Part shown: one piece after another, positions 45,193 through 53,701 of the stretch
Layout of the letters: each line of letters opens with the position of its first letter
How positions within the stretch are numbered: position 1 is the first letter of the stretch
Origin: Verrucomicrobiota bacterium
Lineage (GTDB): Bacteria; Verrucomicrobiota; Verrucomicrobiia; Chthoniobacterales; UBA10450
Direction: 5' to 3'
Length of the DNA stretch: 64,000 nucleotides
Assembly: GCA_003219125.1 (NCBI GenBank)
Contig: QHPP01000111.1
Coordinates: 931-64,930, forward strand
Translations under genes and position numbers: made by a program
The notes under the pieces: model-generated
Seen by the model: the letters and a program-made list of their open reading frames with translations, nothing else
Databases searched by the model: none
What the model was told of the DNA's origin: nothing

Positions 45193-46296
45193 ATGCTTAC
45201 CACAAATCAGCCAGCAAGGATATCGACGAACCCAGACTACAAGTATGTCTTCGTGTGTGGTCTGGCACGGAGTGGCACCAGCATGCTCGGTCGCAATATT
45301 GCCAGACTGGAGGATTGCACCGGTTTCAAGAATACCGGCGCGCTCCAGGATGAAGGACAATTTCTACAGGATATTTACCCTGTCGCGGCCGATCTTGGCG
45401 GTGCCGGCAGATTTGGCTTTGATCCACGCGCGCATCGGACGGAGAACTCCCCGTTGATGACGCCGGAGAACGTTGCCAGATTGCACGCGAGCTGGCATGC
45501 CTACTGGGACAAGAGCAAGAGGATCTGTGTGGAAAAAACTCCGGGAAACCTTCTGATGACGCGCTTTTTGCAAGCAGCATTTCCCAACTCCTATTTTATC
45601 GTCGTCAAACGCCACCCCGTCCCGGTAAGCGTTTCCAGTCAGCGGTGGAAAATAAACATCACTTCGATGCACAGCATGTTCGAACACTGGCTGCATTGCC
45701 ATGAGCTTTTTGAGCAAGACAAGAAGTATTTGAAGCGTGTCTACGAATTAAGCTACGAAGACTACATTGCGGACCCTGCCCGGTATCATGCGGAAATTGC
45801 CGCCTTTATTGGTACGCGTGTGCCGGAACCACCAAAAGAAGATAAATTCTATTATGTAAGCCAGTGGCGTACTCCGGCAGGCGTACGTGTGCCGGAACAT
45901 TCGATGGAAGAGGTAAGTGTGGCTCACAATCGGAAGTACTTCGATCGGTGGTCAAAGCTGCTGAAAAATTCATTTTTTAAGAGCTATTATTTGTATATTA
46001 CAAGAAAGTATGAGCCGCGATTTGCGAAGTGGGGATACTCGCTGACAAATGGGATGGCTAACGGTGGTGAGTTGCTTCGCCGCGGAAGCAAGACCTACGG
46101 TATCATTGGTCCGTTGTATTGCTTTGGCGCGGACGTGTTTTTCTTCTGCTGGCGCCTTGGGCTACGGCTGAAAGCTCGCGCAAAGCAGGGAATCAAAGCC
46201 CTCCTGCCACAGTTTGTCCTGATGAGAATAAGACAAGCGCGTGAGGAAGCGTCGCACGACCAAAAGCAGGCAGGTGCTCGTTCGCGCCACGCCTGA
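45193..46296 (+). CDS. sulfotransferase-family protein (4 of 4; copy B of a duplicated pair)
   Basis: YKYVFVCGLARSGTSMLGRNI and VVKRHPVPVSVSS. Long nucleotide runs are identical to copy A. Confidence 0.8.
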   Translation: MLTTNQPARISTNPDYKYVFVCGLARSGTSMLGRNIARLEDCTGFKNTGALQDEGQFLQDIYPVAADLGGAGRFGFDPRAHRTENSPLMTPENVARLHASWHAYWDKSKRICVEKTPGNLLMTRFLQAAFPNSYFIVVKRHPVPVSVSSQRWKINITSMHSMFEHWLHCHELFEQDKKYLKRVYELSYEDYIADPARYHAEIAAFIGTRVPEPPKEDKFYYVSQWRTPAGVRVPEHSMEEVSVAHNRKYFDRWSKLLKNSFFKSYYLYITRKYEPRFAKWGYSLTNGMANGGELLRRGSKTYGIIGPLYCFGADVFFFCWRLGLRLKARAKQGIKALLPQFVLMRIRQAREEASHDQKQAGARSRHA

Positions 46297-46426
46297 ATTG
46301 GCTGGCTTGATCCTGGCCGGCTGTTCCCCAGGGAAGATAAATCGCAGTGCGGCGGGGAATTATAAGTATTCTTCGAGCTAACCTCAGAACTAATTCAACA
46401 TTCGCGCGGTTTTGCAGATTAAATCA

Positions 46427-47149
46427 ATGCCAACGACAGCTGGAGGGGCTCCGACTTCCTATACCAGTTGCTCATCGCGAAAATTCTGGGGAATTTTAAG
46501 GCGGAAAGAAAGCTGGGGCCTCTCTTGGCGTGGCTGGTTGCTGCTGGCTTCGGTGGTCGCATTGACCGCCTGCTGCGTAGGCCTAAATATTCATCCATTT
46601 CTAGCCGTCACACACCGCACCAATGCGGACGTCCTGGTGGTCGAGGGATGGATCCAGCGGTACGCCATGCAAAAGGCGGTAGAAGAGTTCAAATCGGGTA
46701 GGTATAGAGGCATCTTTACCACTGGAGGGCCGGAGAACGGCAGCGGCGGCTATGTTAACGACTATCAGACTTCTGCGAGTGTAGGCGCGGAGATTTTGAC
46801 GAAGAAGTTTGGCATTCCTGCTGATGTTGTTCAAATGGTTCCATCGCATGTCATCGGCCGCGATAGAACCTATAGCTCTGCGATTGCGTTGAGGGACTGG
46901 TTTCACCAACACAATGTGCGGGTGCAGAGCATCAACGTCGTAACTGAAGGAACTCACGCTCGACGCACTCGCCTGCTCTTCGAAAAAGCTCTTGGATCAA
47001 ATGTTGCCGTCGGCGTGATTGCTGTTCCTAGTCCTGATTTCGATGCAAGACATTGGTGGCGCTACAGCGAAGGTGTTGAAGAAGTTGTCACTGAAGGCGT
47101 CGCGTACCTCTACGCCAAGTTTTTCTTCCGGCCGTCGCGAATTGATTGA
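46427..47149 (+). CDS. DUF218 (YdcF/ElyC/SanA-like) membrane-anchored protein
   Basis: N-terminal TM (WLLLASVVALTACCVGL) followed by DVLVVEGW and IFTTGGP. The ORF-track TTG start at 46412 is the alternative. Confidence 0.65.
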   Translation: MPTTAGGAPTSYTSCSSRKFWGILRRKESWGLSWRGWLLLASVVALTACCVGLNIHPFLAVTHRTNADVLVVEGWIQRYAMQKAVEEFKSGRYRGIFTTGGPENGSGGYVNDYQTSASVGAEILTKKFGIPADVVQMVPSHVIGRDRTYSSAIALRDWFHQHNVRVQSINVVTEGTHARRTRLLFEKALGSNVAVGVIAVPSPDFDARHWWRYSEGVEEVVTEGVAYLYAKFFFRPSRID

Positions 47150-47278
47150 TGAGGCGATGGATTGTATTCTTGGCGACCTCCGGACACTCTTGTATCACTG
47201 CAGTTACAGAGCTTTGGTCGTAGTAGTATCGAAATAATAAAAAATTAACGTTGTGGTGTGCAGATTCCCCATTACTAT

Positions 47279-47983
47279 ATGCAAAGACTCAGTCTATCGA
47301 TGCGTTATAGGGCATTAAGTTCACATGGTGCGGTGAAAGCATCAGCCCTTTTTGCCGGAATTATCGCGGGGTTGATCCTGGGAGTGGTTGGATCTGCCCG
47401 CGCGATCACCATCGACCTTGACCTCGGGACTCCCCCTCACGTTACTTCCAACGTTACCAACTCTTTTGATGCGCTAAACGGAATAGGCTTGCTCGGTCAG
47501 ACCCTCTCGCTCGATTTCAGGTTTTCGCACAGGCAGTTTGTCCGGCTATTTAGCGTTACGAGCAATCCATTTGTTGCCCTGTTCAAATTGCAAACAAATA
47601 GCTCCGGAATGGTCGATTTCCTGCACGGAACAGGGTTTTTGGTCGACAAGCATGGTAACCCGCTGGAGCAGCCCCAAAAGTTAGGAAGCGCCTCCGGGAG
47701 TAATGGATCGCTAGCCGCCGGTCTCTTTCCACTTTTGCCTGGAGATTTACAACGGCCTCTCGATTTCTTTGGAATCCATCTCGATCTGAAACTTCCGGCG
47801 GCTCCATCTATCTCCATCACGGGCGAAGAGTTTCTGTTCAACTCCGATCGCAATGCTCCATTCGGCGTCGGTCCTGGTGTCCCGAGCGACATCGTTCCGG
47901 ACCAGGACAGCACCCTGCTTCTCCTGAGCCTTGCTTTGCTGGGGCCGATCCTGGCACGGGTTCGACTTCCGCAGCTCGGCTGA
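47279..47983 (+). CDS. secreted protein with a PEP-CTERM-like C-terminal sorting signal (VPDQDST variant)
   Basis: Signal-like ALFAGIIAGLILGVVGSARA. The C-terminus is DIVPDQDSTLLLLSLALLGPILARVRLPQLG (motif, TM segment, then Arg). The start is uncertain. Confidence 0.65.
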   Translation: MQRLSLSMRYRALSSHGAVKASALFAGIIAGLILGVVGSARAITIDLDLGTPPHVTSNVTNSFDALNGIGLLGQTLSLDFRFSHRQFVRLFSVTSNPFVALFKLQTNSSGMVDFLHGTGFLVDKHGNPLEQPQKLGSASGSNGSLAAGLFPLLPGDLQRPLDFFGIHLDLKLPAAPSISITGEEFLFNSDRNAPFGVGPGVPSDIVPDQDSTLLLLSLALLGPILARVRLPQLG

Positions 47984-48044
47984 ACATCGATCCTTTACTA
48001 GGGCCTGACGTCTTGCGGACGAGGTCCGTTTGGAACCTGAATAA

Positions 48045-49331
48045 ATGACGATTTGTGTTGTCGGCCTCGGTTACGTTGGATTGCCATTAGCGATCCAGTT
48101 CGCTCGTTCTGGTGCGAAAGTGACCGGGCTGGATATCGATCAAAGCAAGGTCGATCAGGTCAATCGCGGTCGCAGTTACATTAAACATATTGCGGCCAAG
48201 ACAATCAGCGAGGTCTTAAAGGCAAAGCGGCTGACCGCGTCAACGGACTTTAGTCGAATCCAAAAGGCCGATGCAGTCATTATTTGCGTGCCGACGCCGC
48301 TGAGCAAGAACCGAGAGCCGGATATCTCGTTTATCGTTGAAACCGGCCGCAAGATCGCACCGCATTTGCAGAAAGGTGCACTAGTGGTGCTGGAATCGAC
48401 GACCTATCCTGGAACGACGGAAGAGGATTTGCGCGGCGTTATTGAACAGAACTCAAAGCTGAAAGCGGGTGTGGATTTTCATCTCGCATTTTCACCGGAG
48501 CGGGAAGATCCCGGCAACCCACAGAGTGTCGTAGCGACCATTCCTAAGATCGTTGGCGGCTTTACCCCGGCGTGTCTGAAAAAGGCAATGACATTGTATT
48601 CGATCGCGATCAAACGGTTGGTGCCGGTCTCATCCTGTCGCGTAGCAGAAGCAGCCAAGCTGTTGGAGAATATTTTCCGCAGCGTCAACATCGCTTTAGT
48701 TAACGAGCTAAAGATGGTTTACGGCGCGATGGGAATCGATATCTGGGAAGTAATTGAAGCGGCCAAAACGAAGCCGTTCGGCTTTATGCCATTCTATCCC
48801 GGGCCTGGCCTCGGCGGGCACTGTATCCCGATTGATCCCTTTTATTTAACCTGGAAAGCACGCGAGTATGGACACAACACGCGCTTCATCGAGCTGGCGG
48901 GCGAAATCAATACCTGGATGCCTGAGTACGTGGTTCGCCGCGTAGCCGACGCATTGAACGCTCGCAGCAAAGCGGTCAGGGATAGTCGCATTTTAATTCT
49001 GGGTATTGCCTACAAGCCGAACGTGGATGATGAACGCGAGTCGCCCAGTTATTTACTCATGACCTTGCTGGCGGACCGCGGCGCGGAAGTCGAATACTAC
49101 GATCCATATGTGCCGGTGATTAAACCTACTCGTGAACACGCGCGCTGGGCGGGAAAAAAGTCGATTAAGTGGAATCGGGCGACTATTCGGAGTTTCGACC
49201 TGATCTTAATAGCGACGAATCATAGTTCAGTGAACTATCATGAGCTGGCGGAGTGGGCTGATTGCGTTGTCGATACCCGCAATGCGATGGCGTCGATTGC
49301 GCCATCGAAGGCATACATATGGAAAGCATGA
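48045..49331 (+). CDS. nucleotide-sugar 6-dehydrogenase (UDP-GlcNAc/UDP-ManNAc dehydrogenase type, WbpA/WecC-like)
   Basis: MTICVVGLGYVGLPLAIQFA, PEREDPGN, GPGLGGHCIPIDP (catalytic Cys) and GIAYKPNVDDERESP are present. Confidence 0.9.
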   Translation: MTICVVGLGYVGLPLAIQFARSGAKVTGLDIDQSKVDQVNRGRSYIKHIAAKTISEVLKAKRLTASTDFSRIQKADAVIICVPTPLSKNREPDISFIVETGRKIAPHLQKGALVVLESTTYPGTTEEDLRGVIEQNSKLKAGVDFHLAFSPEREDPGNPQSVVATIPKIVGGFTPACLKKAMTLYSIAIKRLVPVSSCRVAEAAKLLENIFRSVNIALVNELKMVYGAMGIDIWEVIEAAKTKPFGFMPFYPGPGLGGHCIPIDPFYLTWKAREYGHNTRFIELAGEINTWMPEYVVRRVADALNARSKAVRDSRILILGIAYKPNVDDERESPSYLLMTLLADRGAEVEYYDPYVPVIKPTREHARWAGKKSIKWNRATIRSFDLILIATNHSSVNYHELAEWADCVVDTRNAMASIAPSKAYIWKA

Positions 49332-49427
49332 TCGATAGAATGAGAAGAAGAGCCTGCGTCAGTGCACTATTCACAGCTGAGTTGAAATCGTGCTTGATGC
49401 GCGGATGCGTTTAACCAGAGGGCGGCT

Positions 49428-50390
49428 TTGAACCTACCAAATATCGATAGCCCAACTGCAGAGAACGTGACCGAGCATTCAAACGCACCAGCCTCGGCTA
49501 ATAAACGTTTAATTGGCTGGTGTATTTATCTGGTGATCCTGTGCGGCGCGTTCGCTTTGTATCTGCGCGAGCTCACAGCTTTTGCCGCCCATAGCCAGGT
49601 GCATTCCTACATTCTGCTCATTCCACTTGTCACCGCTTATCTGATATATATCCGATGGAAACATCTCTCACGCGAACTAAGCAGCTCGTGGGGATATGCT
49701 TTGTTGTCGGCAGCAGCCGGAATCGGCGCGCTGTTAGCCAGCCAATACTTTATCGACCTCGGCCAGAACGATTACGTGACGCTGATAGCGCTCTCATTTT
49801 TCTGTTTCGTGATCGCCGGGATATTCTTATTTCTGGGGAACAAATGGGCGCGCTCTGCCATGTTCCCGCTCTTTTTCCTCGCCTTCATGATCCCATTGCC
49901 GGAGGCAGCGGTTGATTTGCTGGAAAACGCATCGAAAGAAGCTTCGGCGGAGGTAGCGAACTGGTTGTTTCTCATTAGCGGCACCCCGTTTCTGCGCAAC
50001 GGAACGCTCTTTCAGCTTCCTGGAATAACGATCACGGTGGCCAAAGAATGTAGCGGCATCAGGTCGAGCCTGGTCTTAGTAATCACTAGCTTGTTGGCAG
50101 CGAACATGTTCTTGCACACAACATGGCGGCGAGCGCTATTGGTCTGCGCGGTCATTCCGTTGGGCCTTTTGCGCAACGGTTTCCGCGTTTTGGTCATATC
50201 GCTGTTATGTGTTCACATCGGCCCGGATATGATCAATAGCGTTATCCACCGTCGGGGCGGTCCGGTCTTTTTCGCGCTGTCCTTAGTGCCGCTTTTTGCC
50301 ATGTTGTGGCTTTTTCGGCGACAAGAACTGAAGCGACAGGATGAAACTGCCCGCAGCGCCTCAATCGCCCCGCCGGTGCAAGCCGCCTGA
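49428..50390 (+). CDS. exosortase (PEP-CTERM protein-sorting transpeptidase family)
   Basis: It is polytopic. FLAFMIPLPEAAVD is present, along with VAKECSGIRSSLVL (catalytic Cys motif), LLRNGFRVLVISL (conserved Arg) and VIHRRGGPVFF (His region). The start is TTG. Confidence 0.85.
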   Translation: MNLPNIDSPTAENVTEHSNAPASANKRLIGWCIYLVILCGAFALYLRELTAFAAHSQVHSYILLIPLVTAYLIYIRWKHLSRELSSSWGYALLSAAAGIGALLASQYFIDLGQNDYVTLIALSFFCFVIAGIFLFLGNKWARSAMFPLFFLAFMIPLPEAAVDLLENASKEASAEVANWLFLISGTPFLRNGTLFQLPGITITVAKECSGIRSSLVLVITSLLAANMFLHTTWRRALLVCAVIPLGLLRNGFRVLVISLLCVHIGPDMINSVIHRRGGPVFFALSLVPLFAMLWLFRRQELKRQDETARSASIAPPVQAA

Positions 50391-50437
50391 TCGTTAACCC
50401 TTTTAGTTTCTCCGGCGCATATCCCTGCATCATGATA

Positions 50438-50472
50438 CGCGGCGAGAGCTTGCTCTCACCGCGTTTTGTTTT
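50438..50472 (+). terminator. intrinsic terminator after the exosortase gene (copy 1 of a repeated element)
   Basis: CGCGGCGAGAGC-TTGC-TCTCACCGCG hairpin with one mismatch, followed by TTTTGTTTT. Confidence 0.7.
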
Positions 50473-50838
50473 CCCACGGCGGGACGGTGGAACATGGCGG
50501 AGCTTTTCCCACTCCCAAGGTAAGCGGCGCGGTGGCGGATGCTGTATGGAAAGCCGATTATATCTTGCAATTATAATACTTACACGTGAAAAGGTCGGGA
50601 ATTTTTACGGGAAATTATTGACTGCTTCTTTCGAAAATAAGGCACCGACGCGTAAGCACTTATAATAGCAACTCTCGGCTCTCGCCACCAGCTGGCGTCG
50701 GGATTCCTGACGTTTACGTGCAAACTTGAAAGGCGCGGTCAGTTATGATTTTAAAAAATTTTACGTCGCTCTAAGCACCGCATTATCAGCTGGTTTTAAA
50801 CTGATCAGCACCAGCAGGTTCGTTAACAAAACAGAGAT

Positions 50839-50854
50839 TGGCAGGGGGACTGCT
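50839..50854 (+). promoter_or_regulatory. sigma-54 (-24/-12) promoter upstream of the PEP-CTERM gene at 50907
   Basis: TGGCAG-gggga-CTGCT compared with the consensus TGGCAC-N5-TTGCW. GG and GC are correctly spaced. It ends 52 nt before the ATG. Confidence 0.7.
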
Positions 50855-50906
50855 ATCCAGCAATCAGCAATCAACTTTACTTCGTAACTGACAAACTGGA
50901 ACTAAC

Positions 50907-51533
50907 ATGAAATCATTAAAATACCTCTTAGCGATGACGGTCTTAACCGGTGCCCTTACATTATCGGCGAGCGCCACTTTCATCGTCGACACAAACCCAG
51001 GTGGAGAAAAGCTCTTCATTGACGTGGCGAACAAGGACGTTTCGGACTTCGAGGGATTCGTTGGCGCGAATAACTCCTCCGCTCCCCATGTAGACATCCA
51101 CACCACGGGAAACGTAAATACGGGCAGCGGGTTCGCGAATATCAAACCGATAAAGAACGGGTCACTGACCGAGCTGGTTTTTACCCCGGAGAATGGCGAC
51201 CTCTTCGCTGATTTCTCATTCCGTGGCCAATTGAACGACGCTGCGAACGGGACGGTAACCGTCACCGTACAGGATAATCAAGGAAACCCCGCACAAGTTT
51301 TTATCTTAACTGGCCTTGGCGGGCCTAACGATTTCGCACGGCAAGGAATTATCTCGCTTGACGGAGAGACGATCCAATCTGTCACCCTGACGAGTGACTT
51401 CAAAGAGGTAAAGCAGATTGAATTTTCTCTTGCTGGGGCTCGGGTTCCAGACGGCGGTTCGACTGTGATGCTGCTCGGGGTTGCACTTGGGGCGGCGGAA
51501 GGAATCCGTAGATTGGTTCTAAAGAAGCGCTAA
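50907..51533 (+). CDS. PEP-CTERM (VPDGGST variant) secreted protein
   Basis: Signal peptide MKSLKYLLAMTVLTGALTLSASA. The C-terminus is VPDGGSTVMLLGVALGAAEGIRRLVLKKR. Confidence 0.85.
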   Translation: MKSLKYLLAMTVLTGALTLSASATFIVDTNPGGEKLFIDVANKDVSDFEGFVGANNSSAPHVDIHTTGNVNTGSGFANIKPIKNGSLTELVFTPENGDLFADFSFRGQLNDAANGTVTVTVQDNQGNPAQVFILTGLGGPNDFARQGIISLDGETIQSVTLTSDFKEVKQIEFSLAGARVPDGGSTVMLLGVALGAAEGIRRLVLKKR

Positions 51534-51567
51534 GCGGCTTAATCTTCATCACGTTCCTGCATCATGA

Positions 51568-51605
51568 CGCGGCGAGAGCTTGCTCTCGCCGCGTTGTCTT
51601 TTTTT
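51568..51605 (+). terminator. intrinsic terminator (copy 2 of the repeated element)
   Basis: CGCGGCGAGAGC-TTGC-TCTCGCCGCG forms a perfect hairpin, followed by TTGTCTTTTTTT. Confidence 0.8.
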
Positions 51606-51798
51606 GGGCAGCGCGCTTCACAAGCTGCCGATCGCGCCCGGGGATGGCGAACCTTTCATCCAGTACGTCGCACGAGGCGTCGCAATAAGCACGCGAGGCG
51701 CGCGTGGTCCGCGGCTTCTCCCGGCCCCGAACTAGCTAACGTTACCAAAAAAAGACCTTGTAAGTTCGCTTGCCAGTTGGTCGTCCCTCGGATACTTA

Positions 51799-52476
51799 AT
51801 GCCTATGAATGGATGGAGTTGCCCGACAAAGAGCAGTGCGCCACCGCGACCGCGAACGTTTTTTCTCAAGGTCAAAAGCCTGAATAACGCGGCCGGGTTC
51901 ATTAGTATTTTAATCTTTCTCGCCTTTGCTGTCGGCTGCCAGACAGAAGTGAACAGCACGACGTTGTCCGGCCAGGCCGAGGTTCCGCGGCACGTCATTC
52001 TGGCTTCGGGCGACGTTGTAAAACTGACCTTCTCTTCTGCGCCAGAGCTCAATCAGTCTCAAAAAGTTCGCGCGGATGGCAAACTAAGTTTGCCACTTAT
52101 AGGCGAAGTGGATGCTGGCGGCAAGACGGTTGGGCAACTACAAAGCGACCTAATTCAGCTCTATAAACCGCAGCTCAAGACTCCGGAAGTGACCGTAAGT
52201 TTGGAAGGCAGCGTCACGACCGTCACGGTCTCAGGAGCAGTAGCGAAACCGGCCAGACTTACCTTTGAAAGACCGACGACGGTGTTCCAGGCGATCATGC
52301 AAGCAGGCGGGCCAAGCGAATACGGAACTCTCCGGCACGTGCGCCTCCATCGCATCGTCAATGGCGTGCAAAAGAGCCAGGTATTCGATCTTCACGGTAT
52401 GTTAAAGGGCGAAGATACCAAGCCCTTTTACGTCCGCGATGGCGATGTAATTTACGTCCCTCAGTCGACGTTTTAG
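51799..52476 (+). CDS. polysaccharide export protein (Wza/GumB/EpsA-type Poly_export plus SLBB), probable lipoprotein
   Basis: Lipobox-like FLAFAVGC. GDVVKLTF, PELNQSQKVRADGKLSLPLIGEVDAGGKTVGQLQSDL and DGDVIYVP are present. The start is uncertain because the N-region before the lipobox is long. Confidence 0.8.
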   Translation: MPMNGWSCPTKSSAPPRPRTFFLKVKSLNNAAGFISILIFLAFAVGCQTEVNSTTLSGQAEVPRHVILASGDVVKLTFSSAPELNQSQKVRADGKLSLPLIGEVDAGGKTVGQLQSDLIQLYKPQLKTPEVTVSLEGSVTTVTVSGAVAKPARLTFERPTTVFQAIMQAGGPSEYGTLRHVRLHRIVNGVQKSQVFDLHGMLKGEDTKPFYVRDGDVIYVPQSTF

Positions 52477-52795
52477 CCGTATTCTACAGGAGACCAACTC
52501 CATTTACCGGCAGAACGGCGGCTGGCGCATTCAGGCGTTTTCTCTGGCGCGGTAGTCGATTGAGGGGGGCACGTCTGCAACGACCGGTCTCGCATTTTGG
52601 TCGGACCGTCTTACAGAAATTATGGATTCGCGTATGGTATTGTTAATCAACTGGTTAGGTGTGGTATTCGCGACGAATAATCGTACACAAGCGTCGGAAA
52701 GCATTACAGAATTTCCATAATTGCTAGTTTGGCCAGAATAATCGTAATATTTTAATCTGTTCGTAATGAACGGCTTATTATTACGGCTTCTAAGT

Positions 52796-52811
52796 TGGCA
52801 CCTCCTTTGCT
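52796..52811 (+). promoter_or_regulatory. sigma-54 (-24/-12) promoter upstream of the PEP-CTERM gene at 52854
   Basis: TGGCAC-ctcct-TTGCT is an exact match to the consensus core. It ends 42 nt before the ATG. Confidence 0.8.
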
Positions 52812-52853
52812 TATAGGGCGGGGTCTGCACTCAATAAAAACTATAAATACAAT

Positions 52854-53313
52854 ATGAAAAACTATCAAAAACTGTTCGGCGCTGTTTGCGCCGTTCTCCT
52901 CGCCCTCTGTGTCGCATTGCCCACTGCTGCGCGCGCCTTAACCATTGGTGATTCCCATGAGCTGGGCTTCGTCGAATTCGGCATTCCATCCGGTGACGCC
53001 GACCGAACCAATTATGTCAACCACTTGATTGGCATGAGCCTTGGTTCCACGGACACGGCACTAGGCCAGACTATATTCATACCTGTTCGCGAAGTACGAT
53101 GGCCCGAATTACGGCTCTGAAGTTTGGTACGTCGGGAATTTGAGCGGGATCATTACGATTCCTGCCACAGGTGGCAAATATGGGCTGTCCGGATGGACGT
53201 TGTTTGGCCCAGGCGGAGGTAATCACACCCCGGATAGCGGAACTACCGCCGCCCTGCTCGGTTTGGCCCTGACTGGACTGGCCGGTCTTCGCGCCAAATT
53301 CGGACGGAATTGA
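52854..53313 (+). pseudogene. PEP-CTERM (TPDSGTT variant) protein gene interrupted by a +1 frameshift near 53065-53075
   Basis: Frame 0 encodes the signal peptide MKNYQKLFGAVCAVLLALCVALPTAARA through ...TALGQT and then stops at 53118-53120. The +1 frame reads YSYLFAKYDGPNYGSEVWYVGNLSG...HTPDSGTTAALLGLALTGLAGLRAKFGRN, with a stop at 53311-53313. Confidence 0.75.
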
Positions 53314-53341
53314 TTGCGTTAAGTTAGGTTAGTTCTCACTA

Positions 53342-53376
53342 AAGGCGCAGAGCGTGACGCTCTGCGCCTTTTTTTG
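53342..53376 (+). terminator. intrinsic terminator
   Basis: AAGGCGCAGAGCG-tgac-GCTCTGCGCCTT followed by TTTTTT. Confidence 0.85.
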
Positions 53377-53701
53377 CGCGATTTAGTGATGTAGCCGCGT
53401 CCAAGCTTGGCGAAGGCGAGTCGTAGTTCTTGGCTCAGCCACTGTTTAAACACGACGAGAGCGCGGTGGCTGCAGCAAAAGCCCTGCAAAAATCGGCGCG
53501 GTGCTTGCATGCTCTCATACGTGACAAGCCTCTCAATAAGTGTTTGATGCCAGATTACGGGGCAACTGCCAGGTTGGCCACTCCACGAGCGATGCACTCA
53601 TCATCCTCGACCGCTCGCATATTTTGGAGTAAAATTACCGGCATTCCCTGATCGGATGCGTTGGAAATGACTTCATTGCGCGATCTCGCAAATCATCCGC
53701 T

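Noticed and set aside
50432-50665. 77 aa + strand ORF after the exosortase gene, and the analogous 107 aa ORF at 51564-51887
   Set aside because: Both start at the ATG embedded in the repeated terminator module and read through the hairpin and U-tract. Their sequences are Arg/Gly-rich nonsense and differ only because of a 2 nt indel in the repeat.
52531-52830. 99 aa minus-strand ORF in the intergenic region before the PEP-CTERM pseudogene
   Set aside because: It lies in AT-rich, repeat-dense promoter DNA and overlaps the perfect sigma-54 promoter on the other strand. It has no motif support.
53319-53701. 92 aa minus-strand ORF and 73 aa + strand ORF between the PEP-CTERM pseudogene and prsK; possible decayed gene remnant
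   Set aside because: The minus ORF runs through the strong terminator hairpin at 53342-53376. Another minus frame gives EVISNASDQGMPVILLQNMRAVEDDECIARGVANLAVAP, which might be a fragment of something. I cannot assign either frame to a family, so no feature is reported.
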